A DNA stretch of 54,451 bases, counting the filler, from Sphacelaria rigidula (taxonomy: Eukaryota): assembly GCA_964200075.2 (NCBI GenBank). It is 3 parts of 3 records of this genome, joined end to end, with 100 filler letters (N's around TTAATTAATTAA, not from the genome) between each part and the next. Parts side by side here need not be neighbours in the genome. Positions count along the whole stretch, not along the records: positions 1 to 18,087 come from CAXNAA020000922.1; positions 18,188 to 36,272 come from CAXNAA020000923.1; 1 more part is not named here. One strand, 5' to 3'. Position numbers and translations under genes: made by a program. This document shows positions 13,060 to 24,300 of the stretch, piece by piece. The notes beneath the pieces were generated by a model. That model made no database searches. It had not been told where the DNA came from and was given only the letters and a program-made list of their open reading frames with translations. Position 1 is the stretch's first letter; each line of letters starts with the position of its first letter.

Positions 13060-15520
13060 TTGCCACTATTTTGATGTAGCATCCATCATGTAACTCGGCG
13101 TCATGAGCCGCCTTTCCCCAATGAGGCCTCTACTCGTCCCTGTAATCCGTGCCCTGACCAGGCTACTGATCCCACTTCTGCACCGATCGGCGAAAGCTTC
13201 TGACCCCAAACCGCAAATAGCATTTACTCGTACCTTATTTTGCAACATCCTTAGTGTCATTCCTGCTACGGACAAGTGTGTGGTGCCACCAATGCACAAC
13301 TCTGCAGGCGTTAGCCCAGCCAACACCGCCACTTGCCGCAACGTAGTCACCGCATCATACCGAGTTCATATCAGAATCCCCCCGTTGTTCTAAACACGTC
13401 GACGCAACTGCGTCTTTCCCCCTTAAAATGTCAAATCACTTTTACGCACATGTGTACTGGGTGATGGGAACGGAACAGGATCGGTACACATCCCGTGTGA
13501 TCTCGTCAAAAGGAAAAGGAGACACAGATACACAGCTACAACACGTGACCACCAGGGCCCCACGCAAGGGACAAATGTTCCCCATCCAACAACACCGACA
13601 ATGAAGCGGCCGCCAAACGCTTTGCTATGTTCTCATCACAACGCGCTTACGTTTCAATTCCATCAACGTATTCTTAATGAACGAATATCCCCAGTACGTT
13701 CTCGCAGACGAACGCGCAATTGCACTTTGGACGAGCCCGAGTCCAAAAGCCTGAACACGGATGCCTCCACTCTGTCCTGATGTCCTGCATATGCCATTGA
13801 ATACCGGGACAGTGGGACAAAAGGTTAGCAGAAACACCATCCATAGGCCACCACAAATTGCTTCAGCCACATCATTGAAATTCTCGGAACATGCATCGTC
13901 TCAACACCAAGCCCAAGTCGAGTTCCAGCACACCAAACATGCGTATCACAGCACCCGAACGCGGCTCCTTACCGCTCTGCGCTTATTCATACCCACATCA
14001 CGGCGTACGAGTTGTCTCCTTACAACCGCACGCAACCAGCACGTAACCGTGAACGTCTCCCGCACAGAAGAAATATTACCGGCGCCGACATTACCGTACC
14101 CAATCGTTCCATTACATTGGTCGAATATCATCATCCGAGTGCACGGTAGAACCTTCAACATGGGGTTTTTCCTCAGCTATAAAGTCACACCGCCGCCACA
14201 TGCCCGACGGCAAACAATAGCCCCTGACAGCCGCGTCCGACGCATCCGAAGGCAAGGACGACATGGGCGGGTGCAACACCAACCGCTATACCAGGGATGT
14301 TGTTGCTGTTCCACGCCGTGACAATCCATAGCCAACGACGCAACGCCACACGCTAGATCACCGTGAACCTCCGGGCTCAATACCACCACCAACGCCACTC
14401 ATCTAGATCATCATGACACTCCGGGCTCAATACCACCACCCGGGCCATCGTCGGCGCCCTTTTCTTCTTCTTTTTTTCTTTTTTTTAGACATCCCCCGTC
14501 ACAACTCGGGACGAGGATATATGCACCGGGGATTACGATGATGCTGCTCTATACAGGGGCAATCCATCGTCAACCTGCCAACGCCGCACGTCTAAATCTT
14601 CATGAAATTTCGGGCCCAATATCATCACTGGTGACTTCGTCGCCGCCCTCTTTGAAAACATCCCCCGACACAACACGGGACGGGGAGGGGTGGCGCACCC
14701 CAGCCGATTCGGGCTTAACACCATCACCCGCGACATCGTCGCCGCCCTCTTTGAAACAATCCCGACACAACACGGGACGGGGAGGGGCGGCGCACCCCAG
14801 CCGATTCGGGCTTAACACCACCACCCGCGACATCGTCGCCGCTCTCTTTGAAAATCATCCCCCGACACAACACGGGACGGGGAGGGGCGGCGCACCCCAG
14901 CCGATGCGAGCATGCAGTGAACAAAGGGCTTTCCCGGACGTGAAGTAAACGAGACGTGCGGCAGAAAACCAGCCAACGACGAAATGTCTCTGTCTGATAC
15001 ACCCTTGCGTTCTCGAGGCCACTGCAATCGTGCCTTTGCAATTTGTTGCTGTTTGCCTCTGAATGCGAAATAGCGAGGGAGTCAGCATCAATCACCAAAC
15101 CCAGTACTTCCAATCGTGTATTGTATCCAAGGCCGACTTTTTGCTTTTTGCATCAAACAAGGCTCGCTCAGAAAACGAACATGATAAAAAAATAAGGGTC
15201 TCGCCCCAAACATCATTCGCCGTCTGGGAAAAAAACTTCCACCAGTATACCGCCATCAACACAGATGCACATGCAAGAGGGATGACCAACCCTGCCACCA
15301 TGTTTGTCGACTAGGATGTAAATAGTTTTGCTCTGTTATCCCCGCTTGCTACTAGCCTTGGCTTCCTTGTTCCCATCCTCAGCTTCTCTCGGAGTATCTG
15401 CTAGTACATGCTACAAATGAATGATTTACAAATCGCTCACCGCTTTGAATGGCATCTAAATGTCATCCAAGCCTCCAAGCTCCTCAATGTGAGGGGTGAC
15501 ATTTATTATAACTCTCCACA
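13060..15520 (-). mobile_element. Decayed DIRS/Ngaro-type tyrosine-recombinase retrotransposon (RT, RNase H, YR)
   Basis: Minus-strand fragments in the expected order: degenerate YVDD as CVDGGILVEV (~15260); LEVLGLVIDA (15110); SLAGFLPHVSFTSRPGKPFV (14980); RNase H SDASDAAVRGYC (14250) and HVP..NDVAEAI (13890); YR N-terminus GLVQSAIARSSARTY (13730); YR C-terminus LRQVAVLAGLTPAELCIGGTTHLSVAG (13340; cf. HSLRIGGAT). Many frameshifts and stops. Confidence 0.8.
14612..14905. repeat. Tandem repeat, 3 x ~98 bp, inside the DIRS relic (degenerate copies at 14370-14515)
   Basis: Unit GGGCTTAACACCACCACCCGCGACATCGTCGCCGCCCTCTTTGAAA...CCCGACACAACACGGGACGGGGAGGGGCGGCGCACCCCAGCCGATTC starts at 14612, 14711 and 14808. 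Confidence 0.9.
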
Positions 15521-17121
15521 TGTATGAGTGGAAAACAAGCCAAACACCGCAATTTTATTGCCTTCAACCGCGGTCCCCCAAGGCCCCCTCACCAGCCGGG
15601 GGGGGGGGGGGTGTTGGGGCTCGTTCGCCGCTCGCCGCCGATTTCGTTTCCAGTTAATCGGCCATTGACTGGAAAAAACATCGACGTACTGGCCGCTGGC
15701 GCGGCCAGTTTCAACTCAACTGGCCAGAACTGCCGGTTCACCGCCCTACATTTTTGCTATGCCTGTTCCATGAAATACTGGGCTTGGTGTTCCGCGTGAG
15801 TGTTGCTGAGTCAGTGCTTGCTTAATGAGAATATTGATCCTTGTTAGGGCGAAAAAAGCAGCTGGGTCGCTCAGCACTACTGCTGCAACAGACGTACGAC
15901 ACCGTGTTGGCGCTGACCGAATATCCTCGTGTGGTAGGTGGGCGACTGGACCCGAGCGCTGTTCAGACTTGGGCTTGACCAGCCTCGCCTGCCCCTGTGG
16001 ATAACTGCGGCACAGCCCAGTGCTATGGACAAGACCATCTACTACGACCATGGTATGTACATACCAATCGACAACGTATAGTTCCGTTCCCTCCTCTATC
16101 CTTTCCATTGATATGCTTGGATTAATTCGCCACGTTATTCGTCTCTTTTTCGACTGAAATTGCTGCTCGAATGTTCGATGAATACAAGACCACGGGTGTT
16201 CGATGAACAAAGCGACCACGGTTCAGACTTCCGTTGTGTATGCAGGTACTAAATTGCAGTCCAGCGGTACTTTCATAGGCACTGCTGGTGCTTCAAGTTT
16301 GTCTCCGCGATGCAGTTGTTATTTTATATGCTGGACTCCCTACTTCTGTGAAGTACGGCGCAGTAGTACGTATATAACATTATTGTGATGTACGTTCAAG
16401 GCATTTTGAGCAGTGTATTGATCGTCGACGTTTCGAAAAACGTTCCAGGTTCTGCGTGAGAGAATGGCCCATAATGTTCAAGGTTTCTGCCGAGGATTGA
16501 GTCATTAGTCTCTCTTAAGATAGCGCTAGCACTTACTGGAAGAGATGAAGGCGCATATAATCCCACGTTTGATCAGGTTGCGCGATCAAATCTCACCTAA
16601 CTCTCCGTGAGGTTGTAGACTGTTTTGTGCTTCACACCTGCCCCCCCCTGAATCCCGTAATCGACCTGCTTCAACCCGGCGTTCGACATTCGCTCTGCAT
16701 CCAGTGGTTCTGATCTGCACCGGGGCCGGCATTACTCCTGGGATCTCCATCGCACAAAGGTGTCGCGTATTGTACTCATAGCTGTATGTTGCCATCGTAT
16801 TCGCGTGACGAAATGGTAGTGTATGTTTGCCGCCCCTGTCGTCTCTGCGCGTCTGGTTCGTTGTTACCTTGTAGTGCAAAACACAAGCTCGATTCCTAGA
16901 ATGTAATGATGCCATGTGATCTTGCCGAAACGTCCTCCTTTCTACCACGACCGCGTGCCGCCAGCACCCATGTCAATCATGTCACGTGTAGATGAACACG
17001 CTTTCATGTTCCTTGTTGCGTATGCTTCCGGCATTTTTTCATCTTATCTGACATGTTTCGTTTGTCGTTGTTCACTGACCGTCGTCTCGCTGTCGTCAAC
17101 CCATCGTCAACCTCAAAATAG

Positions 17122-17197
17122 GTACGCCAAAAACAAGGAAATTCACCTGCTGTGGATCACGAGGGACAGCGGCATGGTGGCTCTCTTCGAGAAGGAG
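17122..17197 (+). CDS. Internal exon of an unidentified gene (-YAKNKEIHLLWITRDSGMVALFEKE)
   Basis: AATAG| acceptor, GAG|GTATGC donor, phase 2-0, coding-like composition; joins in frame to 17660. Confidence 0.6.
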
Positions 17198-17659
17198 GTA
17201 TGCGGAAGATAACACTGTAGTGTACTGGTGCCACCCCAATCAGGTGCGTGCACACTGGTTTACATGCGCAACAAATACACGAGCTACCACATCAGCCTAC
17301 CCTAGGGCGGAAGTACGGCATGAACTTTCCGAGTGTGTGCCTTCATGTATCGTCCGCACGAAGCAGACTTCCGTTATGATGATTATACCCCCGCACCCTC
17401 CTTCTCCTCTTTTGTTTTCACGACCCGCAGTTTCCATACCATCAAACAAGAGTACTTGAGTCATAACATAATTTCTCCCCTGCATCCCTCTCTCCTCCTG
17501 CTCTCCTGCGCTAGTCTCCTACAACAGAACTCGATGAATTCGGTTCAAAGATATATCTCACATTAATCAAAGCCTCTCCTGCTCCTATCCCCATTCCTCA
17601 CGCATAAAACCCCCCCCATCAACGTGTATTACGTGGTCTTTGCGTCTGCACCAACACAG

Positions 17660-18004
17660 TTGCGCCTGGTGCGCAGCACGGTATACCTCACAGGCAAACC
17701 AGACATCGAGGTAAAACTCGCCCTTTCGAAATTACTGGCACCGGCGGCGTCGACGGCAGCGGCAGCGGCAGCGGCAGTGGCCGGTAGCCTTGTCAGCACC
17801 GGGAGCAACAACAGTGGCCTAGGCCTCGCACGGCACGACAGCAACGACAGTGCTCGACGTCTAGATGGCAGCTTCAAGGAGATACATGGGAATGATCGAC
17901 CCGCTTCGATCCTGGAGAAGACCAGGGCTTCTCTGCTGAATGGGGATGCTGAATCCGTGGAGTCGTCGAGGGGTCCGCCTCCCGTGCTCGCTGCGCTTAC
18001 CCCG
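17660..18004 (+). CDS. Internal exon of the same gene (LRLVRSTVYLTGKPDIEVKLALSKLL + Ala/Ser low-complexity region)
   Basis: CACAG| acceptor, CCG|GTATGT donor, 345 nt phase 0-0, open, GC-rich. The gene runs off the contig end. Confidence 0.65.
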
Positions 18005-18020
18005 GTATGTACGGGGAGGA

Positions 18021-18083
18021 GGGGGGGGGGCGTACTCATTTGTTGCTTGCCTTAGTCATTTGACCATTGACCACGCATCCCTT
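18021..18083. repeat. End of a dispersed repeat; reverse-complement copies at 36389-36447 and 37683-37745
   Basis: GGGGCGTACTCATTTGTTGCTTGCCTTAGTCATTTGACCATTGACCACGCATCCCTT is nearly the exact reverse complement of AAGGGATGCGTGGTCAATGGTCAAACGACTAAGGCAAGCAACAAATGAGAACGCCCC. Confidence 0.85.
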
Positions 18084-18087
18084 AGAT

Positions 18088-18187
18088 NNNNNNNNNNNNN
18101 NNNNNNNNNNNNNNNNNNNNNNNNNNNNNNNTTAATTAATTAANNNNNNNNNNNNNNNNNNNNNNNNNNNNNNNNNNNNNNNNNNNN
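18088..18187. other. Artificial 100-nt contig spacer
   Basis: 44 N + TTAATTAATTAA (stops in all six frames) + 44 N. Confidence 0.97.
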
Positions 18188-20091
18188 AGGCGAGTATGCA
18201 TTGAGTGTTGAGCGGGGGGGTGATAGTCAGCAGGGTGAGGGCGAACCGTGGATATTTGACACGGGGGCTACCCAGCATTTCTCCCACGATTCCCATGGGA
18301 TGACGGAGTACAGAGAGTACAAGGGTAGGGTACTCCGGTGCACCGGAGGTAGCACTTACCCCATCGTGGGCAGAGGAAATTTGTCTCTTGCCTTCAGATC
18401 ATCTGACGGACAAGATGTATCCCTAAAACTAGTAGATGTTGACCATGTACCTGGTGTCCGTCATAACCTCTTGTCTCTCACGGGGGTCCAATACATGGGA
18501 CACACCCTACACTGGTTTTCGTGATGATTTCAGGGTAGATCTCAATTCAGGCAATAGACTGATGATACCCGGACAACCACGGGAACTCAGAATGTACGCC
18601 CGCCGCCTCAATCAAAGTGGTAGTGAGAAGTGTGCTTCGGCATATGTTGTTATTGCCCCGGGGGCTCCGCCTAGCCCCCAGACCGCTGGCATCAACGAGT
18701 TCCACGAGTTCCCACGCTCACGTCCACGAGGATTTACTGAGGAAGACGGCGAAGCAGCAGGGAAAGCGGCTGGCTGGGGAGCTGCAGCCCTGCCGCGGCT
18801 GCTCAGGGGCGAAGGGATTGCGGGCACCGATTCCAAGATCGACGCACACGAGAGCAGCCAAGTCAGCGTCTAAGGTGTTCGTAGATCTTTCCGGGCCGAA
18901 ACCAGTCAAGTCTAACGGGGGACAGCCGTACACGATGATTGTCCGAAATGATCAGTCACGGCACACGAAGCTGTATTTTCTCCGTGAGAAGGATGAGGTA
19001 GAGAGATACTTCGCGAAATACATTGCATGGGTCTCTCCGAGAAAAATTGAGATAGTCCGTAGCTATGATGGGGGTGAATTTTCGGAGGGTGCATTTGGTG
19101 AACTGTGCGACAGGGAAAAGATCAAGCAAGCGATCAAGGGATCAAGCGGTGTTGCTCGATCCTCGCGAGTTGCGGAGCGTCGCCGGCCCCCCCGCCATCT
19201 TGCGAGGGATCCGTGGAGGAGGGTGTCAGTGCGGGCGACGAGGCAGTGTCCGATGCCGATGTGAGCGTCGGCGTAGGTGTCGGCGTCTGCACTGATGTTG
19301 GCGCTGATGATGATGATGATGATTCCGGCTCCACCTCACCCCCTCCGTTGACAAAATCTGGAACGGGGATCTCTGGTATTACCCCGCTTTCGACCGCAGA
19401 TTGTGTCGGGACACAGGGGAAACCAAGCTTTTTGTTTTGTACGAGGATAACGAGGGAGCAAAAGCTCTGACCGAGAATCCTCTCAGCCCCGAAAGGAGTA
19501 AGCACATAGGCGTGAGATATCACTTCATTCGAGAGCTGGTGGGGACGGGGAAAATCAGGGTTGTACATGTAGGCTCAGGATGGCAGCATGCAGATATTTT
19601 GACAAAGCCTCTTTCGATCAGCCTGTTACGAGGCACAGACGTTTTTTTATGAACTTGGAAGGTGACAAGTAGGTACGAATTTCGTTGTGTACCATTGTGC
19701 TCGTGCGGGGTATTTTTAGATGTTCGAGTGATGCATTTATGCGCATTTTGGGTTAAGCCACCCACGCTACTTTGAGGGGCATGGGCTTTGTAGGGCGTTT
19801 CCCGACATGTCGTGTATCTGCCTCGACCGGCGTCCATGGATTATCTAGATGGAGCACAAGCCGTTGAGGGGAAGGGGTTTTTGCCCGGATGGCCGGGTTT
19901 CCCCCTTGAAACTTTGTTTTTTTTTAGAGGAAAAGCCACGACGACTGATGTACCGGTTCAGAGGGGGTGATCATGTGAACAGGTGCACTGAGTGAGCATG
20001 CAAACGTGCGGGTACTGGTAGTCGAGTGTGTGTGACTACAGTATCCCGCTCATGGCAGCTCGGTAACTGCCATGAGCGCTCACTCTCAACA
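18188..20091 (+). mobile_element. Ty1/Copia LTR retrotransposon, 5'-truncated by the contig edge, RT missing, with a putative 3' LTR
   Basis: Protease WIFDTGATQH; pre-integrase HAHVHEDLLRKTAK...CRGC; integrase VFVDLSGP...IVRSYDGGEF; RNase H end YEDNEGAKAL...RSKHIGVRYHFIRELV...QHADILTKPL; PPT AGAGGGGG at 19960-19967 then TG...TCAACA (19968-20091). Frameshifts are present. Confidence 0.92.
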
Positions 20092-21330
20092 TCTGATCCC
20101 TCAGTCATGGGGTCGACTAAGTCTAGGCACTCTCCAATAATACAAAAGACAAAACTATCTATCCTTCGCCACGGGCCACGGAATACAGACCAGGTTGTGT
20201 CCGCTGATATGATCGACTAATACGCGTTCGACGGGGGCGTGAACATCTTCAGCCGTAACACGAAAAGGCGGCGACTTGGTGGCGTGCCTCGTTAATACGT
20301 ACCGGCTGAGTCCCAAAGGCAATTTTTTGGGCATGTTTAGCGGTGTCGTGCGGGGCGGTGCAAGGTTTACAGCGCCAGACAGACACGCCGTACCGAACAA
20401 CACCATGCACATCACCGAACGCGGGACAAAATCACGCTCCCAGCCTTCAACTTGTGCCAACGATCCGGACTTGAACATAGATTTTCGGATACGCCGCGTG
20501 CTGGGCCATTGGTCCTCCCTCTGGGGCACCTCGCTTGTGTGGACTAGACCTACTCCGCGGATGATCCCAGCTGATTAATTATACAATGACGTTTGTATGC
20601 GAAAATCGGCACACATTTGACTTCTTGTTTTTTTGGCGCAACACTGATTGTTTGCCAGCATCAGCTGTGGATAACAACGGCTCCAGCCATCGCGGCCGTA
20701 GCTGCAGCACGGGTGACAACTGTGGGATAAGATCATAAAGTAGACCCTGGAATAAAATCGGTGAGGGCTAGGGATCGCAGTGCCATCTTAAGCGGATTCC
20801 TAACGCAAAGGTGAGACGGATCGGAGCTTCCAAAGCTTCTCCTTGGTTCGGCAATCCAGTCGGTGGCGACATTAACGCACGCCATCGCCCGCCCCATAAG
20901 TCGCACTACAGGGTACGTTCTTTGTGGTCTCGAACTGTGAGGTAAACATGTCGTGAAAAGATGGGCCATTGAAGAGATTCAGTCTATCTTGTTTGTTATA
21001 CGATTTCACAAAGAAATTTGATGTTCTGTCTCTCGAGCAAGCCGAGGATACAAAACCTATCGCCGATGGATATGGTTGTTATACGCCGTCAGGTTGTGCG
21101 ACTTTGTTTGCAGGGAAAACAGTCGGTACAATGAACGCAGAATGTGTTCGGCACTGCACTGTGCAGTATCATCTGCCGTGCGAATCAGGTGGTGCTTGGA
21201 GCAGCACGAGCCGAGAAGAAAAATTTTCTTCATGAGATCTCCAGTTGTTTTCCAATGATCCACCTCGATTCCCGTCTGACTACACCGCACCTGGGGATAT
21301 CACATTTTTTAACTACCCTGCTTGCCTTTT
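20092..21330 (-). mobile_element. Ty3/Gypsy integrase and chromodomain-region relic
   Basis: Minus-strand RVSVWRCKPC..PHD..MPKKLPLGLSRYVLTRHATKSPPFRVTAEDVHAPVERVLVDHISGH resembles, from recall, the integrase C-terminus of brown-algal Gypsy elements. Degenerate integrase-like fragments lie upstream. Left end abuts the Copia LTR. Confidence 0.6.
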
Positions 21331-24300
21331 CCGTACACAGAGCTTGATTCCAGTCTGAAAACCCGACAGTCCCAGCGCCGACCGTTTTGGCCGTTATCAC
21401 GATGCGCAGAGACCATGATTGTTGTGGTTATGAAGCGCAATCGCGTGCTGTGAATAATTTTTCAGTGCACACAGCGTGCGGTATACCACTGTCACCTTCC
21501 TCGCGCTTCACTTTGACTTCAGACCAACACCACAGTTGAGCACATGCCTCGGTGTTGCGCCGCAATAAGGTCACTTTATTCAACACCCCTAGACGCAAGA
21601 CACAATGTAGTCCACGAACCTGACAAGAGCACACGATCGCCACTAAACAGGAACATATGTGTCGAGAATATCCTATTTTTTCCTTAAGCAACTCTGTCTC
21701 GTTTCCACCGACTGTGGAACACAACTTGTGCTACGTGCGTTGCCTTGGGGCGTCGCAAACAGGAAAATGCAAAGCTAGAAGTCTCTCGCAACATGGGCAT
21801 GTACAAGACGGGAATGCTCAAATGAGCACGAACAATAAAACGCCATGCTGGGGTCAACCCTTGGACGGCGAGAGGAGATCCTCTGTAGAGTCGGCATCAA
21901 TTCAATGTTGACAAGCAAGCATGATCCAGATAAACTGCCCTCGCGGCCTAGGGAAAAATACTGATTGTAGCAAGCGTGGTTGATCTTCCGCCAAATGTCT
22001 CATGTCCTTGCACAAGAGAGAGAGAGAGAGAGAGAGTGAGAAAGCTCTGCGGATCCCCGCGGTGTCACAACTGCTGCGTGCTTCGCACTCATCATGCGCC
22101 AAAACGGCCGCATTTGCCACCTCGCGGCACAAACGTACGCCAATCGTGCGAAGGCTGTGTGTTTGGACTGTCTGTACAGTTGGAACCTCTCGCGGACCCG
22201 AGCGAACTCTTTTGGGGTCGGGGGACTCCACAGCTTTTTGGCGTACACAGAGAACGCAACCCACCCATTCGATATCATCATAATGCTATTGTAGCGTGGG
22301 ATTGTGACTTCAAAAACATATAGATTGTGGCCATAAAATACATCCCCAGGGGCTGTCGCAGTTGCGGCTAAGATTTGCTGTCACCTTAACTTAGGCGAAC
22401 CACGATTACCGTCATACACAGGTGGACCCACAAAACAACACCGAGATAACAGCACACTAGCTCACGCACGAAACAGACTCGCTCAGGAGAAACAGTGTTT
22501 CTTTGAACAGCGCAACTACGCGTGCGTGCTTCTCAAGCAAGCATCGTGGTATGCACCACGGCACTTAAATTCGTGGGCTGTATGTCGTAAGTACAGCGCG
22601 CCGAACCGAACATCTGCATATGATAGTTGACATGTGATATTCGACCCGCCATCTGCACCCCTCGGTCTTCCGTAGGGCCCCAACAGTGAGGACAATTGGC
22701 TCTGACATTTGACGAGATGTGCGCAAATACGTGGCTGCTGCGAGGGATCCTTCGCTTCCGGTATCATTACAAAAACTAAATTTTTTCTTACATGCACCGC
22801 AACTCTCTCATAACCATCTGTGATCTACGCGCAAGTCTCACATGTCCATCTTTGAACCGGCACGGGATCATGAGTAACGTGAAGGACATTCGATCATGCA
22901 TGGGATGACATTTCGGTCAACCCAGGGATCAGCCTCAATGGTTTTCGATGGACCCACAGTTCACGGGGAGGCACATGGAGACTCCTGAGAATGACTCATG
23001 TTCCCGTACCGAACTAGTGTGGCGATGAAAATGTCACCAATGAGAAAGCTAACCTCTAGAGTTTTCTGAAGACCGAGCCACGCTCTGTGGAAAAACGAGG
23101 ACGTGAAAAAAAAAAAAAACTCCCCGGTGGGGATCGTATACTAGATCACTCCGGTGAATATTGCAGCGGCTTCAGAGACCTTCATATATATTTTGTGTTT
23201 CCGGCGCCACTTCGTGAATTGTTGTTTTTGCGAATGGGCGGTCGGGGGGTGTAGTATACTGAAAGGCATGTCACCCCCACGATGATGCGTAAAAGTCGCA
23301 CGAATTTTTGTTATTTCCTCTTACGCGTCTAAGATGCCTTGGAAGTGTGCATCTATGGTATGTAGCCCTGTGCATAGATGAGGTTTGAAGGCCATCAAGT
23401 TGGGGTTATACTTAAATCAACACTTTTTAGTGAACAAGATCAAGAAACAGTTCCCGCCATGGGCTTATTGGAAAGATAACATACAAATAGTAAAAAAAAA
23501 AGCTATCGTATCAGGGGTACTGTAGATTGGACCGCACATCAACACACCACATTGCAAGGCTGCATTTGCGCTAACGTTGGGCTAATGGGCTCGAATTTGG
23601 GGGAGTCCAGGCGCTATAAAATAGGTAGCGACGCGGTCAAATACACAGGACCTCACGAAGGTTGAGCCTCAAAACTTCGAATTTCTGTCCTCGGCACCCT
23701 GCGTTTAATCACCTCGAAGTGCAGCCCAGGGCCGGACGGCTTTGCCAACAGCGACAGTCACAGGGCAGAGCCACAGCGTTACTCACACACGCGTAGCACA
23801 CGTCACAGGGAATACGTGGATATCTTAAACATTGCATGGGAGCCAGAACCAGTCGGGTTATGTCATGAATTGAAAAATGAGTAACCATATCCAGTGCTCG
23901 GCGTACCTGGACAGCAAACTACAATTATGGTATCACACGTTGTACTGTACTGTTCGGACGGTTTGCGATGAACCGTAGCACAGCATATCACATTACCTTA
24001 CAGTCTAGACGGTATACTAGACGGAGTGCGTTGCAAGAGGTCAGCTGGTGGATTAAGTACGGCACGACACCGTGCAGTAGGTGTTTTCCTGTATAAACGT
24101 TACAGCGGCAAGCGGGAGAGGATGAGGCATGTCGCGCTGTGTGTTTCACTAACGCTTAAGCCCCGAACTTCTTCGACCGAATACGGACGGCGAGGGGACA
24201 TCGCAGTAAGAAGAAAAATGGCGAGATCAAGTGCCTGTTGATGGAGAGGGCCGGTAGGGTCTGGTAGACGTATCGAAAGAAAACAACCTCGATCAAGAGA

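Noticed and set aside
18132-18143. TTAATTAATTAA as a biological motif
   Set aside because: It is centred in 44+44 N at both gaps, so it is an artificial stop linker.
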